Shown: positions 25,416 to 39,489, counted from the stretch's first letter. The stretch is 64,000 bases of DNA from Octopus sinensis (GCF_006345805.1 NC_043012.1:41416001-41480000); one strand, 5' to 3'. Notes: a model not told the origin generated them from the letters alone. Translations and numbers: made by a program.

Positions 25416-25929
25416 TGTTATCGCCATATTAATATGGCAATCTTATAGATATAAGACTAAAAGCTGTCGCTGATTAGCTCCATGAGGCCATCACCTTAAG
25501 ATAGCCATTTGACACACAAACTGTGTCCATTAGAACCTTCGAACAATTAATTCCCAGTAACGCTGTCGTAATCTCTTTTAGAGAGACTTAGTAATTTTAA
25601 TATTTCTATTACTGAATAATAGTAATAATAATAATAAAGTAAGGACGAGTCAAATACTGCTTCACTCATATCCGGTTAGGCTTAACTTTACATTCCGTTC
25701 TATTCTCTGCCCGTGACGTCGTAACTGGAGGATAAACTGTGTGTTATCAATCGATTCATTCTCTTAGGCCTACCTCATAATATGTTTTTCATTAGGCCAA
25801 TCAGAAATCAATATTTATTATATATTGTTTCTCTATGAAAAACGTATTAATAGACGTGCACTCACATGTATATACATACATAAATAGTGGTATGTACAAA
25901 TAAACATACATGCATAACATATACCTGTT

Positions 25930-26300
25930 CAGTCATAGTATAGTTGTTGTCATGTATCCTACGCTGTTTTGTAGCGCGTTGTTGACGCTACAATGAAAGA
26001 TTTCCCGATCAATTGCGAGTTCTCCCATCGAATGAAGCCAGAGAGTTACTTCGTTCTGAGTTTCTTGACAGCAACATTGGCGTGGTTTGCCATTTCCTTC
26101 CCCAACTTCATGGCCGTTGTACCACAATAAGCTCATCCGTCCTTTCAAAACGACTGGGTCTCCATATATTCTCCTCACAGGAGTAGTAAGATATTCAAGG
26201 AGGGAAACCTGTTTGGTCACCGACCACTCAATCATAGAACCGGTAGTATTCGTTACCATGGTACATGCAGTAGTTCTCTTCAGCCTGTGTTGAGATCCCT
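25930..26300 (-). mobile_element. RTE (BovB-like) LINE 3' fragment
   Basis: ggaaggaaatggcaaaccac motif and MGELAIDREIFHCSVNNA, similar to the BovB-type C-terminus ELVMDREAW. Confidence 0.5.
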
Positions 26301-27487
26301 GATCTTGCGCACAACATATACATATAATAGCGGAATGGATCTCCGGCGGTTTCGACAAAGAGTATTCAGTCATTCGATCAATTAACAAGGCTACTCATGA
26401 AATTAGGGTTTAATAGGCTGAGTATTCCATGAACGCAGATACTTGAATGTAATCCTCAGTTAAAATGTTAGTGCCTCATTGTGACAAGTTTGGTGTTTTA
26501 GATCACAGATACATTTTATCTGACAAGATTCAACACAGTTTCTGTCAATCAGATTTCGCTTACAAAGCTTGGGTCCATACGAAACGATGGTAAAAGGCAT
26601 TTTTCCCAAAATGACGGCAATAGAATCGAACTTGGAACCTCGTAATTGCAAATTGATTTTACAGACGATTCGACTGTTTCGTGTGCATACATACACAACG
26701 CATAAGTACATTCGCAAATTCACGCTCACACACACGTACGCGCGCGCGCACACACACACACATATATGTAAACACACCCACGTATGATGTAGATAATTGC
26801 TTCATTTTATGAGATGATAACGATCTCATTAATGACACATCTGTAAAACATTGAATTATTGCGATATAGTCTTGTATACCACTCCCCGGTGTATCTATAA
26901 TGAAATAACCATTGAGAAGCAGAGGAAAATGATCGGAAACTATGTTAGTTGCACATTTTATATAAGAGAACTAACTCCCAGACATTTCAATAGAAAAACT
27001 CCCAGGGGTCAGTAGGGTTTTGATTTTGTCATTTCCTCTGCTGTGTAAGGCTTTACTGAACTCCCAGAGATAAACCTGGGTATTTTCACGTGTCAGTAAT
27101 TAGGTGAGAACTCTGACGCTAGACACAAAGCTAGTTTTTAATTCTGTGGCACACGCAACTCCGGCAGGTTGTCAAGGGAATTCCTTTTAGTTGTCATCAT
27201 CAATCGCACACTGATATAGGATGGCCATAATTTAGTTTCGCCCATACATTTGAAGATGTAATATATCGGTCCCGCAGGGTTTGTAACAACCTGCCTCACT
27301 ATGCTAGTCTTGTGACGGCGCCGGTGTAACGGCGAAGATCAACCGATGCATGTTAGCACTTCTGGATTGAATATTATCACTGGTGCTCAAGAACATCTTT
27401 TTGGGTTAATTATTTCACGTCCCTTTAAATAACTAAATTCATATGACGCAAATGATATATATATAGATAGGTAGATAGATGGATAGG

Positions 27488-27527
<40 letters not shown>

Positions 27528-27791
27528 TTTATATATGCATACATACCAAACATGTATACATGTATGAATAATTAAGTATATATGTATTTATGTACACACC
27601 CACACACCCACATGTATATGTATGTATGTATATGTGTATAAACTTTCAACGGTTTATTGAGAAGGCTGTAAAACTTGCTGGCTTACCTCGTTTGCATATT
27701 AATGTGTTTGCTGCCAGCGTTATTAGAATAACCGACGTAGTTAAATTAGGAATAACGCAATATGCATGCATAACCTCATCAATACAACACG

Positions 27792-27830
<39 letters not shown>

Positions 27831-27835
27831 TATAT

Positions 27836-27869
<34 letters not shown>

Positions 27870-27962
27870 TCTATATATCTATATATATATATTTACACAT
27901 ATATATATGTATATATACATATATATATTATATATATATATATGTATATATATACATATATA

Positions 27963-28089
<127 letters not shown>

Positions 28090-28804
28090 TGTATGCATGT
28101 ATGTATCTATGTGTGTATTGTCTTCATACCTTATACGTATCAAGAATCTATATCATATTAAACAAAATACCATGAAGTAATCCCAGGTATTTTTTTAAAA
28201 TCCCTTCTCTTAAGCAAGCTCCTCAAATAGACATTTTATTAAGATGTCATACATATTTCATAATATCTTTCCTACACTCCACGGTTGTTTAGCTCATAAT
28301 GGATGATGATATATATATATATATATCATTTTATTTTTATTCATGTATTGTATTTATATATTTTGCCCCCCAAAAAATAATAATAATTATGCGTGGTCCA
28401 CTTGTTATACATGTTCATAATCCGTTCTTATGTCGATATTAATTTTTCTTACGGCAAAAGAAAAAAATGGTAAGCTAGATGCTAAGGTATATGCCATCAT
28501 ATAAAAAAGATGAAAGACATCAAAATTGCTGTTGTGCTCGTCATTTTCTTTTCCATCCTCTTCATCCTTATTATATGGTTTTATTGATGTGCTTAGTCAA
28601 ATAAATAATAATATACAAGGCCACTGGAAGATTGACAATTTTTTTTACTTTCTATGGCGAATTATTCACGTAATTTCTCTTCCCTGTTTTCGAACAGCTT
28701 GCTCTAAGTACGACTGTCATGCATTATTTATTAACTGGATATTTTCTATTGTGTCTCTGGCTCTCGCTCACACTCTCGCCCCAACTCCCTTTTCTCCCTC
28801 TCCG

Positions 28805-28849
<45 letters not shown>

Positions 28850-28905
28850 GTATGTACATATATACCTTCATACACAGTATATTATGTATATGCATAACCG
28901 TTTTA

Positions 28906-28954
<49 letters not shown>

Positions 28955-29104
28955 TATACATATATATGTAGAGAGAGAGAGAGACAAAGACAGAGAGAGA
29001 CAGACAGAAAGGAGAGAGAGAGAGAGAGACGATGCGAGAGAGATACATATATACACAAGCAGATAGATAGATAAAGGCATATATAAATAGCTATATGCAT
29101 ATAT

Positions 29105-29345
29105 GTGCATGCACATAGCCTAGTTGCTAGGCTGTCGCATTTATGATCGCTCGTTCGCGTATTCGATTCCCGCAAGGGGCGGTATGTTGTGCACTTGATC
29201 AAAGTAGTATTTCTCGTCGATCTGTGATCAGTTCGACATCTGACATGTTGCACACTTATGCATCTGTAGAGACATTGTTAATTTGACGGAGAGAATGAGC
29301 TGACGGACAGAGCATACATTTGATCACTATAAACGAATTAGGTCT
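29105..29345 (+). mobile_element. Degenerate tRNA-derived SINE
   Basis: atagcctagttgctagg (A box), gtattcgattccc (B box), atgttgtgcacttgatcaaag body. Confidence 0.55.
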
Positions 29346-29406
29346 CTCTACAAAACCAGAACATCCCTATGTCGTTTTACACAGGAGATTCCGTCATATA
29401 TGTATG

Positions 29407-29553
<147 letters not shown>

Positions 29554-29578
29554 TGAGAGTGAAATATATATTATATAT

Positions 29579-29637
29579 AATGGCGGTGCCCCAGCATGGC
29601 CACAGCTCATAAGCTGAAACTGGAATCAATCAATCAT
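29579..29637 (+). mobile_element. Extreme 5'-truncated copy (about 45 bp) of the CR1-group LINE 3' end
   Basis: aatggcggtgccccagcatggccacagctcataagctgaaactgga is identical to the LINE terminus at about 55300-55345 and is followed by (ATCA)n. Confidence 0.9.
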
Positions 29638-30330
29638 ATATATGCATATATATATATATAAATTATACATATATATAATTATACATATATATAAATTATA
29701 CATAAATATATAATCAATATAAGTGTATGTATATATATATATATATGAGCGTATTTGTGGGTGTGCGTTTGTATATGTGTATGTGCGCGCGCGTGCCTAT
29801 GTTTGTATTTTGGGATTGTATTCTTGGATTTTTATTGACATTTTGCTGGGACATTCTGCGTAGATAGACAGATATTGATTGTCATCATGAGTCTGGTGAG
29901 GATCATATTATATTTCGTTCTAATTCTGGATTCTAAGTTTGGCACAAGGCCACACAACTCTTCTCCAAGCAGACTGCGCTGTTTCGTAGTTGAAGTACAT
30001 GTTATCCCTCCTCTCGCACCTGATTACAACCTCCGGTATTGATTCTAGAGTTGGTGAGAGGCAAAGTCAACTGCGAAGACGAGTTTTAATTTAGAATGTG
30101 AAAATATGTCACTAGATGACTTGCAATATTTTCAGTTCACTGTTTTCATTCTTCTGACATGCAGATATCTTTTGTAGATCAATAAATTAAAGTAAGCTAA
30201 GACAAATCCTAAGTTTAGTGAAATATCCCACACAAGGCAAAACATTTATAGCAAAGCCTTTGGGTATAATATGACCCTATCGGTTGCATCGTGACGGACG
30301 TGTTACTGGTAGAATTATATTGAATCTGAA

Positions 30331-30563
30331 GGCGGCAAGCTGGCAGAAACGTTAGCACGCCGGGCGAAATGCGTAGCCGTATTTCGTCTGCCGTTACATT
30401 CTGAGTTCAAATTCCGCCGAGGTCGACTTTGCTTTTCATCCTTTCGGGGTCGATTAAATAAGTACCAGTTACGCACTGGGGTCGATGTAATCGACTTAAT
30501 CCGTTTGTCAGTCCTTGTTTGTCCCCTCTGTGTTTAGCCCCTGGTGGGTAGTAAAGAAATAGG
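30331..30563 (+). mobile_element. SINE family A, tail type 1, with 8-bp TSD
   Basis: Full-length copy flanked by tgaatctg at 30321-30328 and 30567-30574. Confidence 0.95.
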
Positions 30564-30990
30564 TACTGAATCTGGACTAAAAACATAAAGAGAGACATCG
30601 TTAGACACCGAAATTACACGACTGATTTTGAACCCACTACGTAAATGGTTAAAAGCCGTAAGCTTTAAATTGCTTCGTTTACTGTTTCTGTCAAACCCTT
30701 GGCCATCAAAACAAGACTGGCCTCTCGTCAATCCAGTGGGAGATGAATCTATGTTGTAGCCACCATCGTTCTTTCTTCCTATCCCCAGAACCATCATTGC
30801 TATCGTTATCAATATATCGTTAATATTACTCTTCTTTTTGTACACCCAAAGTTTCAGCAATGAAATGGCTTGTACGCCAGTGACTAATATTGATTGGATG
30901 TCACAAATTTAGGAGTGTGTGCGATGAAGTTTGAGTTTCATTGATTAATGTAACCCAAATATCTTACTGGTATTAATATTTATCGATCTC

Positions 30991-31205
30991 AAGGCGGCGA
31001 GTTGCTGCTAGAATCGTCAGCGTGACGCACAAAATGCTTAGCAGCATTTAATCGATCTTTATGCTCCGAGCTCAAATGCCTCCAAGGTCTTCTTTGCCAT
31101 TCATTCCTTCGGGGTGGATATGATAAGTACCAGTTGTTTGCTGGGGTCGATATAATCGACTTATTCATCCTCTAAAATTTCTGGCCTTGTGCCCAAAAAT
31201 CTGAA
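30991..31205 (+). mobile_element. SINE family A, tail type 2
   Basis: aggcggcgagttgc...gataagtaccagttg...ggggtcgatataatcgac...ggccttgtgcc. Confidence 0.8.
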
Positions 31206-31879
31206 ACCAATAGTTGTATCCCTCAGATAAATGGAATATGAACAACTGCACAGGCGCCATTTGAACACAGGTCGTTGGATGAGGTTTACTAAACATCTCA
31301 TTCTCAAGACCTTTAGTTCAGCACTAATGTATTACTGATGTTAGTATTTATCGATGTCATACGAGTGAAACAGGAAATTTTGCACACGTATATCGTGTTA
31401 CGCTTACTAAATACCTTACCCTCAAATTATTTAGTTTAACGCAACTTTAGCTTTACTGCCAACCCACTGCCTTAGAAAGTAATATTGATTTCTAAAATCA
31501 TTATGCAATAATACTGATTTCTAAAGTGCTTTTACATTATTTATACATCTGATTATCAGATAATACTGCTGGTTAACAGTTCAAAGTATTGATCCGTCAC
31601 TTGACAGTTGACTGACAAAATTAACCAGTATATATCATTATTATAACTACTTCAGACACAAAGCGACTCGACTGGAAGAAAGACTCCTAGTCTTCTATTG
31701 TAATTGCATTCACATCTAGAATGTTCTATAGGGTATATTTAATGTAGTGTTTAATTAGTCCTTAGCTGGTGTTTTATTTTGTGGGCCTCGGAGGATGACA
31801 GTCAAAGCAGATTTCGGTAGGGGTAAACACAATTTATACTGATTAAATACTAAGATCAGTAAACTAGAAATGTTATATT

Positions 31880-32155
31880 CTTTTCTACTCTAGGCACAAG
31901 GCCTGAAATTCTAGGGGACGGACAGCCATTCGATTAGATCTACCCTAGTACACAACTGGTACTTAATTTATCGACCCCGAAAGGATGAAAGTCAGAGTCG
32001 ATCTCGGCGGAATTTGAACTCAGTACGTAACGGCAGACGAAATACGGCTGCGCATTTCACCCGGTGTGTCGTAGAGACAGACGAAATGCCGTTAAGCATT
32101 TCGCCCGGCGTTCTGACGATTCTGCCAGCTCGCCGCATTAATAAACATCCTTTCT
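31880..32155 (-). mobile_element. SINE family A (internally duplicated or chimeric) with 17-bp flanking direct repeat
   Basis: actagaaatgttatatt at 31863-31879 and 32156-32172; two gacgaaat...gcatttc segments inside. Confidence 0.9.
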
Positions 32156-33762
32156 ACTAGAAATGTTATATTACCCACGACATAAATGTGCGTGGACTTG
32201 CGCCTATGCCTCCGACTCTTACTGTGTTCAAACCCTGCCGAAGTCAGCTTTGCCTTTCATTTCTTTAGAACAGTTAAAACAAAGCAAGATTCAGACACTT
32301 GGTTGAGTGATATTCTCTAAACCCCATCACGTCAAAATTGTTGGTATTGTGCCTCTCGAGCAGATTTGCAATCAAAGGTATTCCATCTGTGACCATCGCA
32401 CCTTTTTTCCTATATGCGCGTTATCCAGCGCATTATTTTTGTTTTAAAGACGTTAGGTTGTGAGTTGACTGCGATCAGTAATCTCCTTATTTACCCATTA
32501 ATAGGCAGTTATTTACGAGCTTATTGACATTTACTAACACATCATCGTTTAATAGCACACTATCCATTGTCGAAATAATTGTTGTGAAAATCAACAAGGA
32601 ATTTGAATCTACAATGCTAGTGTATGTCACTAAATAACCTAAAATATTTTTAGTTCGCCATTTCGACTTTTTTGTCACGCAGCTATCTTTATTGTCGATC
32701 AATACTTTAAGCGTAGAGCTATCTTAAGATTAGGTGAATTGTCTTACATTGGTATTATACGAAGCTAAACATTTTGTAGGAAAATCGTAAAAAAAATCAT
32801 TGAAAAAAATCACTCAGTTTATTCAATTATTTGATAATTTTCCGTTCCGAATGTAGATAAGGGAATTGATGTTACCAGCAAAGATCTTAAACAGAAAGAA
32901 GAAAGAGAATAGTGATGGAGTGTTTCTATAACAACTTCAGCTTTTTTGTCTCGATACGGCATATATACACATATTCAAATTTGGAAATTTACTGAACTCA
33001 GGTAGTTCGTTGCTTTCGTTTATATGTTAACATTGTATTGTGTCCTACTGTGATCGATAGTTATGAATAATGTTGTTAACTAATATCACTATCTTTATCC
33101 CACAAAATATGACCCTGTTTCACTATCTAGGAATCCGGTGTGCTATTAAAAAGAAAGACTTTCACTCTTAAATACATATTCTTTCATTGGTATTCACACA
33201 TTTTTTAATGTTTTTCCAGTTGGGGTTTTTGTTTTTCCGAATATGCTATTTAGATCGAAACCAGCCTTGAACTATTTTGAACTGGAATATTTTATTGATA
33301 GATTTTCGTTTCAAATTTAATCGATAATTCGATCACAATATGCAGGTGTCAAATATGAATTCTAATGATGGAGTAAAAAGTCCTATTTTCATACATACAT
33401 TAACAACCTTTTTCAAGTTCTCTTCAAATATATTCCATTTATGATCTTATTTTTTATAGCTTTATTTGTTCGATAATGTTTATAAAAGTGAATTTATTAT
33501 AATATATATTTCTTAGTATAATATATTACAACAAGTTACCATACATTATTATAATTACATCTAATAACTTTCTTATGATATGCATCTTAAAATGTGATGA
33601 TATGTGTGGCTGTGAGGTTGAGAAGTCCGCTTCAGACAAACCAATACCTTGCCTGTATATTTGGTTGGAGGAGGCTATATGGAGACCTGTATGTATGTAT
33701 ACATACATATAAATATACATATACATACATGCATACATACATATAAATATACATATACATAC

Positions 33763-33876
<114 letters not shown>

Positions 33877-34426
33877 TAAATCACTCGTGAATCGTTGGGT
33901 CACCAAGAAACTCTGAGTCTCCTAGCAACGGAATTTTGTTTTCTTTTCCACGTTATTTCGCATGCTTTGAACGAATGTGACATCGAGATCATGTGTAAAC
34001 GGCTCCTTTCCCCAGAAAAGGAAAGATTTGGCTGCTATTTCTTACACACCCTGCTACTACGTAACAGGTATTTCAGGTCCTTTATCGCAAATAGCTGCTA
34101 TGTGGTAGCAGAGTGTCCTAGAATTAGCAGCCAAATACATTGAATGCACTCGAAAAAAATTAAGTCCAATAGAAAGATAAGAATTATTTCCCTTTCATGG
34201 TGAAAATTATTTTCGGAACATGTTCCTATTATGCACGGTTTGGGTATTTATACTCTGAAAATATTTAATATATTGAGAATTTCTCTACCGATTTACGCGT
34301 AACTCGTTTCATTCGATTCGTATTAACATTTCAAGGTAAACTTAATCCATGGCATTTTTCCATTATGCGCCAGTTTTGTGGACTAACATTGCAGGCAAGC
34401 AGATTGCAACTGCCCTTTAATGTATG

Positions 34427-34484
<58 letters not shown>

Positions 34485-34499
34485 ATATATATATATATC

Positions 34500-34541
<42 letters not shown>

Positions 34542-34609
34542 CATATATATATGTATGTATGTATGTATATGTATATGTACATACATATAATGTGTTTGTG
34601 TGTCTTTGC

Positions 34610-34795
34610 GTGTAACATATGTGTGTCTTTATGTTTGTCTCCCACACCACTTGATAACACTTGTTGGTTTGGTTACGTACCCGTGAATTAGCAGCTCCAT
34701 CCAAAAAGACAGAATAAGTACAAGAACCTAGTCGATTTGTTCGACTAACCCCTCGGAGGGTGTGCCTCAGGGTAGCCGTAGTCCAATAACTTATA
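34610..34795 (+). mobile_element. SINE family B 3' half (degenerate)
   Basis: tttgtctcccacaccacttgataac...gtcgatttgttcgactaa...gccgtagtccaataact. Confidence 0.65.
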
Positions 34796-35886
34796 TTTCT
34801 CATCGTTCGCTTGTTTCAGTCGAATTATAAGAGATAAATGCTAATGCAAAAATTTACTTTGTTTCCTTCAGCTTGAAGGATTAATATTTTAAGGGATCAG
34901 TATCAATGAGTTGCGAAGTTTAAAAGGGCGCAAATAGGTAGAAATTAAGAGAGATGGGTTGAAAAAGGATTTGAAATCAATTCCTTTAGGTCTGTGATAT
35001 TTTTCATCGGTAATGAGAAGATTATCAGAGGAATTCATCTTCTAATCCCCAAACACGCCGTGAGAATTTATTTTACAAAGCAAAAGAATATCCCAAATAT
35101 ACAGCAGGGGCGTGGCTGGAGTCTATCGAGACCAACTATGAAATGGGAGAATGACCAACTATGTTGGCCATTTAGGTTAGGAATATAGTTCTTGAAAGTG
35201 TGTAATATGAAACCTAAGGTGAGTGACTCGAGTGAGAAGGAGTCTGCTTGATTTGATCATAGACAGACTGGAGTGGAGTGTAGGTGATAAATTATTATAG
35301 TTGGCTTAGAGTAGTGGGAAGTAAGGAGAGGTTATAAAATAAAGTAAGGTTAAAAGAGAGATAAATCGAAAGTAAAGATGAAGGAAAAATAAAAGCATAC
35401 AAGCCAATTAGACATAAGGTCGGGGTATAGAAATATCTAGCTAATGCTATATGACCAGGGAAGGGGGGACAAAGATAGCCAGAATTTAGGGTTATTCCGT
35501 GGATATTGGTTGAAAGGTGAGGGAGAGAACGTATGCATTGAAATAAGATCTAACCTTTTTTTGGAATTGAAGTTATAATAAAGTAGAATGCTATCTGTCA
35601 ATAAGGAGTTTGAAGAGGGACAGAGTTATATAATGAACTAAACCTAGTAAGGAGTTAAGAGGAAATAGCAAATCGGATATCAAAGAAAGCCAGCAGTTGG
35701 GAGTAGTCTAATGATTAACAGTATGGAACGTTAAACGGGTGGTGATGATATAAAAATTGGATGGTACAATTACATGTGAGTGATTTAGGTGAAGCAATCG
35801 CGGCTAAGATGTTTAGCTAGTGTGTTCAAGTTACTATTTAACAAAGTGTGCTCAAAGCACTGTATCATAGTGTAAGGAATACATAC

Positions 35887-36030
35887 CTAGAGGAGACCCC
35901 TTTCAATCACGAATGACCATGGGATTGCACCTAGAAAGTTACCCACCGAAGCACAAGTCCGGGCAAGGTTGTTTGTAGAAGACCAGCAGTCGCCCATGCA
36001 TACCAGCTCCCACCCTCTTCATACCACTGA
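35887..36030 (+). mobile_element. Interspersed repeat fragment (SINE/LINE-derived, unassigned)
   Basis: GC-richer island gaccatgggattgcacctagaaagttaccc...gaccagcagtcgcccatgcatacc, judged repeat-like by recognition only; no second copy in the window. Confidence 0.4.
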
Positions 36031-36109
36031 TTTTACTATTCAATAGTCGACGGTAAGAGGTTTGTATAGTGTGTCCTATCCATTATTTAGCAAGGAATGC
36101 TAAAAATTG

Positions 36110-36141
<32 letters not shown>

Positions 36142-36232
36142 TGTATGTATCTATGTATGCATATATGTATGTATGTTTATATATATAAATATATATATAT
36201 ATACAGAGAGAGAAAGAGAGAGAGAGAGAGAC

Positions 36233-36621
36233 GCAGGAGTGGATGTGTGATAAGTAGCTTGCTTACCAACTACATGGTTCCAGGTTCATTCCCACTGCGA
36301 GCTACCTTGGGCAAGTGTCTTCTACTATAGCCTCAGGCCAACCAAAGCCTTGTGAGTAGATTTGGTAGGCAGAAACTGAAAGAAGCCCGTCATTAATATG
36401 TATATATATATATGTATGTGCGTGTATTTGTTTGTGTCTGTATTTGTCCATCAACACCGCTTGACAACAGTAAGTTAGCGGTTCGGCAAAAGAGACCGAT
36501 AGAATAAGTACTGCGCTTACAAAACAATAAGTCCTGGGCTCGATTTGCTCGACTGAAAGTGGTGCTCCAACATGGCCGCAGTCAAATGACTGAAGCAAGT
36601 AAAAGAGTAAAGAGTAAAGAG
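36233..36621 (+). mobile_element. SINE family B (CORE-like), full length
   Basis: tRNA-like head, CORE-like accttgggcaagtgtctt, internal (TA)/(TG) tract, tail ggtgctccaacatggccgcagtcaaatgactga...(agtaaa)n. Confidence 0.92.
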
Positions 36622-36631
36622 TATATATATA

Positions 36632-36666
<35 letters not shown>

Positions 36667-37866
36667 CTTTCCTATCGTCTTGTAGGTTCCGCAAAAACCG
36701 ATAGTAAGTAATGAGAAAGAAATTTAATGCATAATTTGTGTCGTCAATAACATCACAAGCATCACCATCGTCATCATCATCACCATCATCATCATCGTCG
36801 TCATCATTATCACCTTCATCATCATCATCGTCATCATCATCCTTATAACCGTCGTCATTGCCCCTTATCGTCATCGTCGTCACGCCTGATGTTAGTATTC
36901 TTCTGATACACTTAATTATGCTAATGACGTAAGCAATTCAGAGACTTTGGTTTTACACTATTTTTTAAAATTTTCTGTTAATCGTTATTTTTGAGTGGTT
37001 TCAGATTTTTTTTTCCCCCATCAAAGAATCTAAAATAAAATAAATCTCTTTAGATTAATTGTTGCTGAAACCAGCTAAATTCCTTTCTTTAAACCTCTCG
37101 ATAATAACCACCATAATTGTTTCGTATTTGTCTTTTATTTGAAAACGAAAAAAAAAAAAATTAAACAATATGAATATAAAACAAATAAATAAACTGGCAT
37201 AAAAGAAGAAACATAAAAGTCAACTAAAAACAAAAAAAATTACAAAATGAGAGCAGAATTCAAATATCTCAACAGACAACATACCTTTTCAAAGTTTACA
37301 ACAGTTGAACTCTTTTGTAATAAAGGTGTAATTATTCTGCATTTCCTTTTGACACCGAAAGCTTTAAAAACATTAAAGTAAAAAAAAAGAAAAGAAAAGA
37401 AAAGGAAAAAGAAAAAGAAAAAGGAAGAACTAAACAACAAAAAGAAAACATAAACGAAATAAAAAAATAACAACCATAAAATATAAGATCAGAATTTATT
37501 AACATCACCCCCCTACCACCACCAGCACAACCGATACCCCCCCACCACCACCACCACCACCACCAATGCCTTTCTGTTTTTAATTACGATTATTCAGTAA
37601 CTGAATTTGAATTGTTTGCTTTTAAAATCTACAACTAATTTTCATTCATTGTCCCCCCCCACCACCACCACCAATTCCAAACGATTCCCTTGTTGTCGGT
37701 TTTTCTCTTTTCTCGAAAGAATTACTAAAAAAATCGAATACGCATCGTTTGGAACATTACAACCGAAATACTCAGGTTTAATTTCGAACATTCTCAACGT
37801 CGAAAGCTAACAGGGTAATGCTATATTGTACTTGTTCATCCATATATTATTATTATTATTATTATT

Positions 37867-37899
<33 letters not shown>

Positions 37900-38238
37900 C
37901 CTTCTTCTTCTTCTTCTTCTTCTCTTCTTCTTCTTCTTCTTCTTCTTCTCTTCTTCCTCTCCTTCTTGATTTTAAGATTTTAAGATTCAAATATTCATTT
38001 ATTTCGGTTGATCCTAAAAACAGCCAAAGAACAACAAAACCTAGATTCCTCGACATCTTATTTTCGACAGGAATCGGTTCTACCTTATTTGCCATACACA
38101 AATCACTTTCCTTCCGCGTTGATTCACGCTTATTGCTAAATGTTATTCTCTGGAAAAATAACCTCGGTGCCAAATCCACACTTGGAACCAAATTGCCCTC
38201 AGTACCAAACCACCATTAATAATAAAATAGACATAGGT

Positions 38239-38615
38239 GCAGGGGTGGCTGTGCGGTAGGTAGCTTGTTTACCAACCACATGGTTCCGGGTTCAGTCCCA
38301 CTGCGTGGCACCTTGGGCAAGTGTCTTCTACTATAGCCTCGGGCCGACCAAAGACTTGTGAGTGGATTTGGTAGACGGAAACTGAAAGAAGCCCGTCGTA
38401 TATATGTATATGAATATATATGTGTGTGTGTGTGTGTGTTTCTGTGTCTGTGTTTGTCCCCCTAGCATTGCTTGACAACCGATGCTGGTGTGTTTATGTC
38501 CCCGTTACTTAGCGGTTCGACAAAAGAGACCGATAGAATAAGTACTGCTCGATCAAAGGCGGTGCTCCAGCATGGCCAAAGTCAAATGACTGAAACAAGT
38601 AAAAGAGTAAAAGAG
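38239..38615 (+). mobile_element. SINE family B, full length
   Basis: Same architecture as 36233-36621. Confidence 0.92.
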
Positions 38616-38959
38616 AATAGGGACTTCAGGGCTCTGGATAGCGATAACACCTTGAATCTATCACATTACTTCCTTCCTGATAGGGTGAAGGTATCACCAC
38701 TTCCGCCTTCACTGATCCTGTAAATCTCTTAGGTGCTGGTTCCAGTGATTGCTGACACGTTTTTTTTTGTTCATTCTTCGATTCTAATGCATATCTACCC
38801 GCTTAAAGATGAACAAATTACGGCCATCTTTGCTAAGCAGCTACACACAGCCTTTGCTTTAGGTGCAGCTCAACATTTACGGACTAACCAATCGGAGCAC
38901 TTATAATACATAGCTATTACATTACGTCAGTAAACGAGATTTTATATATATATATATAC

Positions 38960-38998
<39 letters not shown>

Positions 38999-39001
38999 CT
39001 G

Positions 39002-39032
<31 letters not shown>

Positions 39033-39038
39033 GTGTGA

Positions 39039-39307
39039 AAGCACGTGGCTTAGTGGTTAGTGCATTAGATTCACGATTGTAAGGACGCAATTTCAATTCC
39101 CGGCGACGCCTTGTGTCGTTGAGCAAGTCTCTTTATTCCGTGTTGCTCCAGTCCACTCAGCTGGCAAAAATGAGTAGTACCTGTATTTCAAAGGGCCAGA
39201 CTTGTCAAGGCTACATGTGTCTGTGGAGAGCTCAACCACTTGCACGTTAATTTCACGAGAAAGCTGTTCCGTTGATTGTAAACAGCGTGCTATTTGCATT
39301 AAGATAT

Positions 39308-39310
<3 letters not shown>
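39039..39310 (+). mobile_element. SINE family C
   Basis: cgtggcttagtggttag A box, atttcaattccc B box, gttgctccagtccactcagctggcaaaaatgagt body. Confidence 0.8.
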
Positions 39311-39347
<37 letters not shown>

Positions 39348-39452
39348 GAGTAAATCCAAACTTACGGGGAAAAATTAGATTTAGGATAAATCTTTTTATA
39401 GTATAAATATTAATAGTGGTTTATTTCTAATTTAATATATATATATATATAT

Positions 39453-39489
<37 letters not shown>

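Noticed and set aside
26090-26230. HDV-like ribozyme suspected near ggcaaaccac in the RTE fragment
   Set aside because: Could not assemble P1/P2/P3/L3 in the required order.
30534-30860. 108-aa minus-strand ORF with loosely cadherin-like spacing (YNIDSSPTG, FDRN, ISVSND)
   Set aside because: No DxNDN, LDRE or AxDxD motif is actually present; part is low-complexity (GAT)-like sequence and the end runs into a SINE tail.
35040-35830. Strand-skewed region resembling an old LINE on the minus strand
   Set aside because: Only vague motif remnants (VTHLRFHITHFQELY); cannot assign.
37865-38191. ORF containing signal-peptide-like MSRNLGFVVLWLFLGS
   Set aside because: No donor site follows and the frame runs into (GAA)/(CAA) microsatellite.
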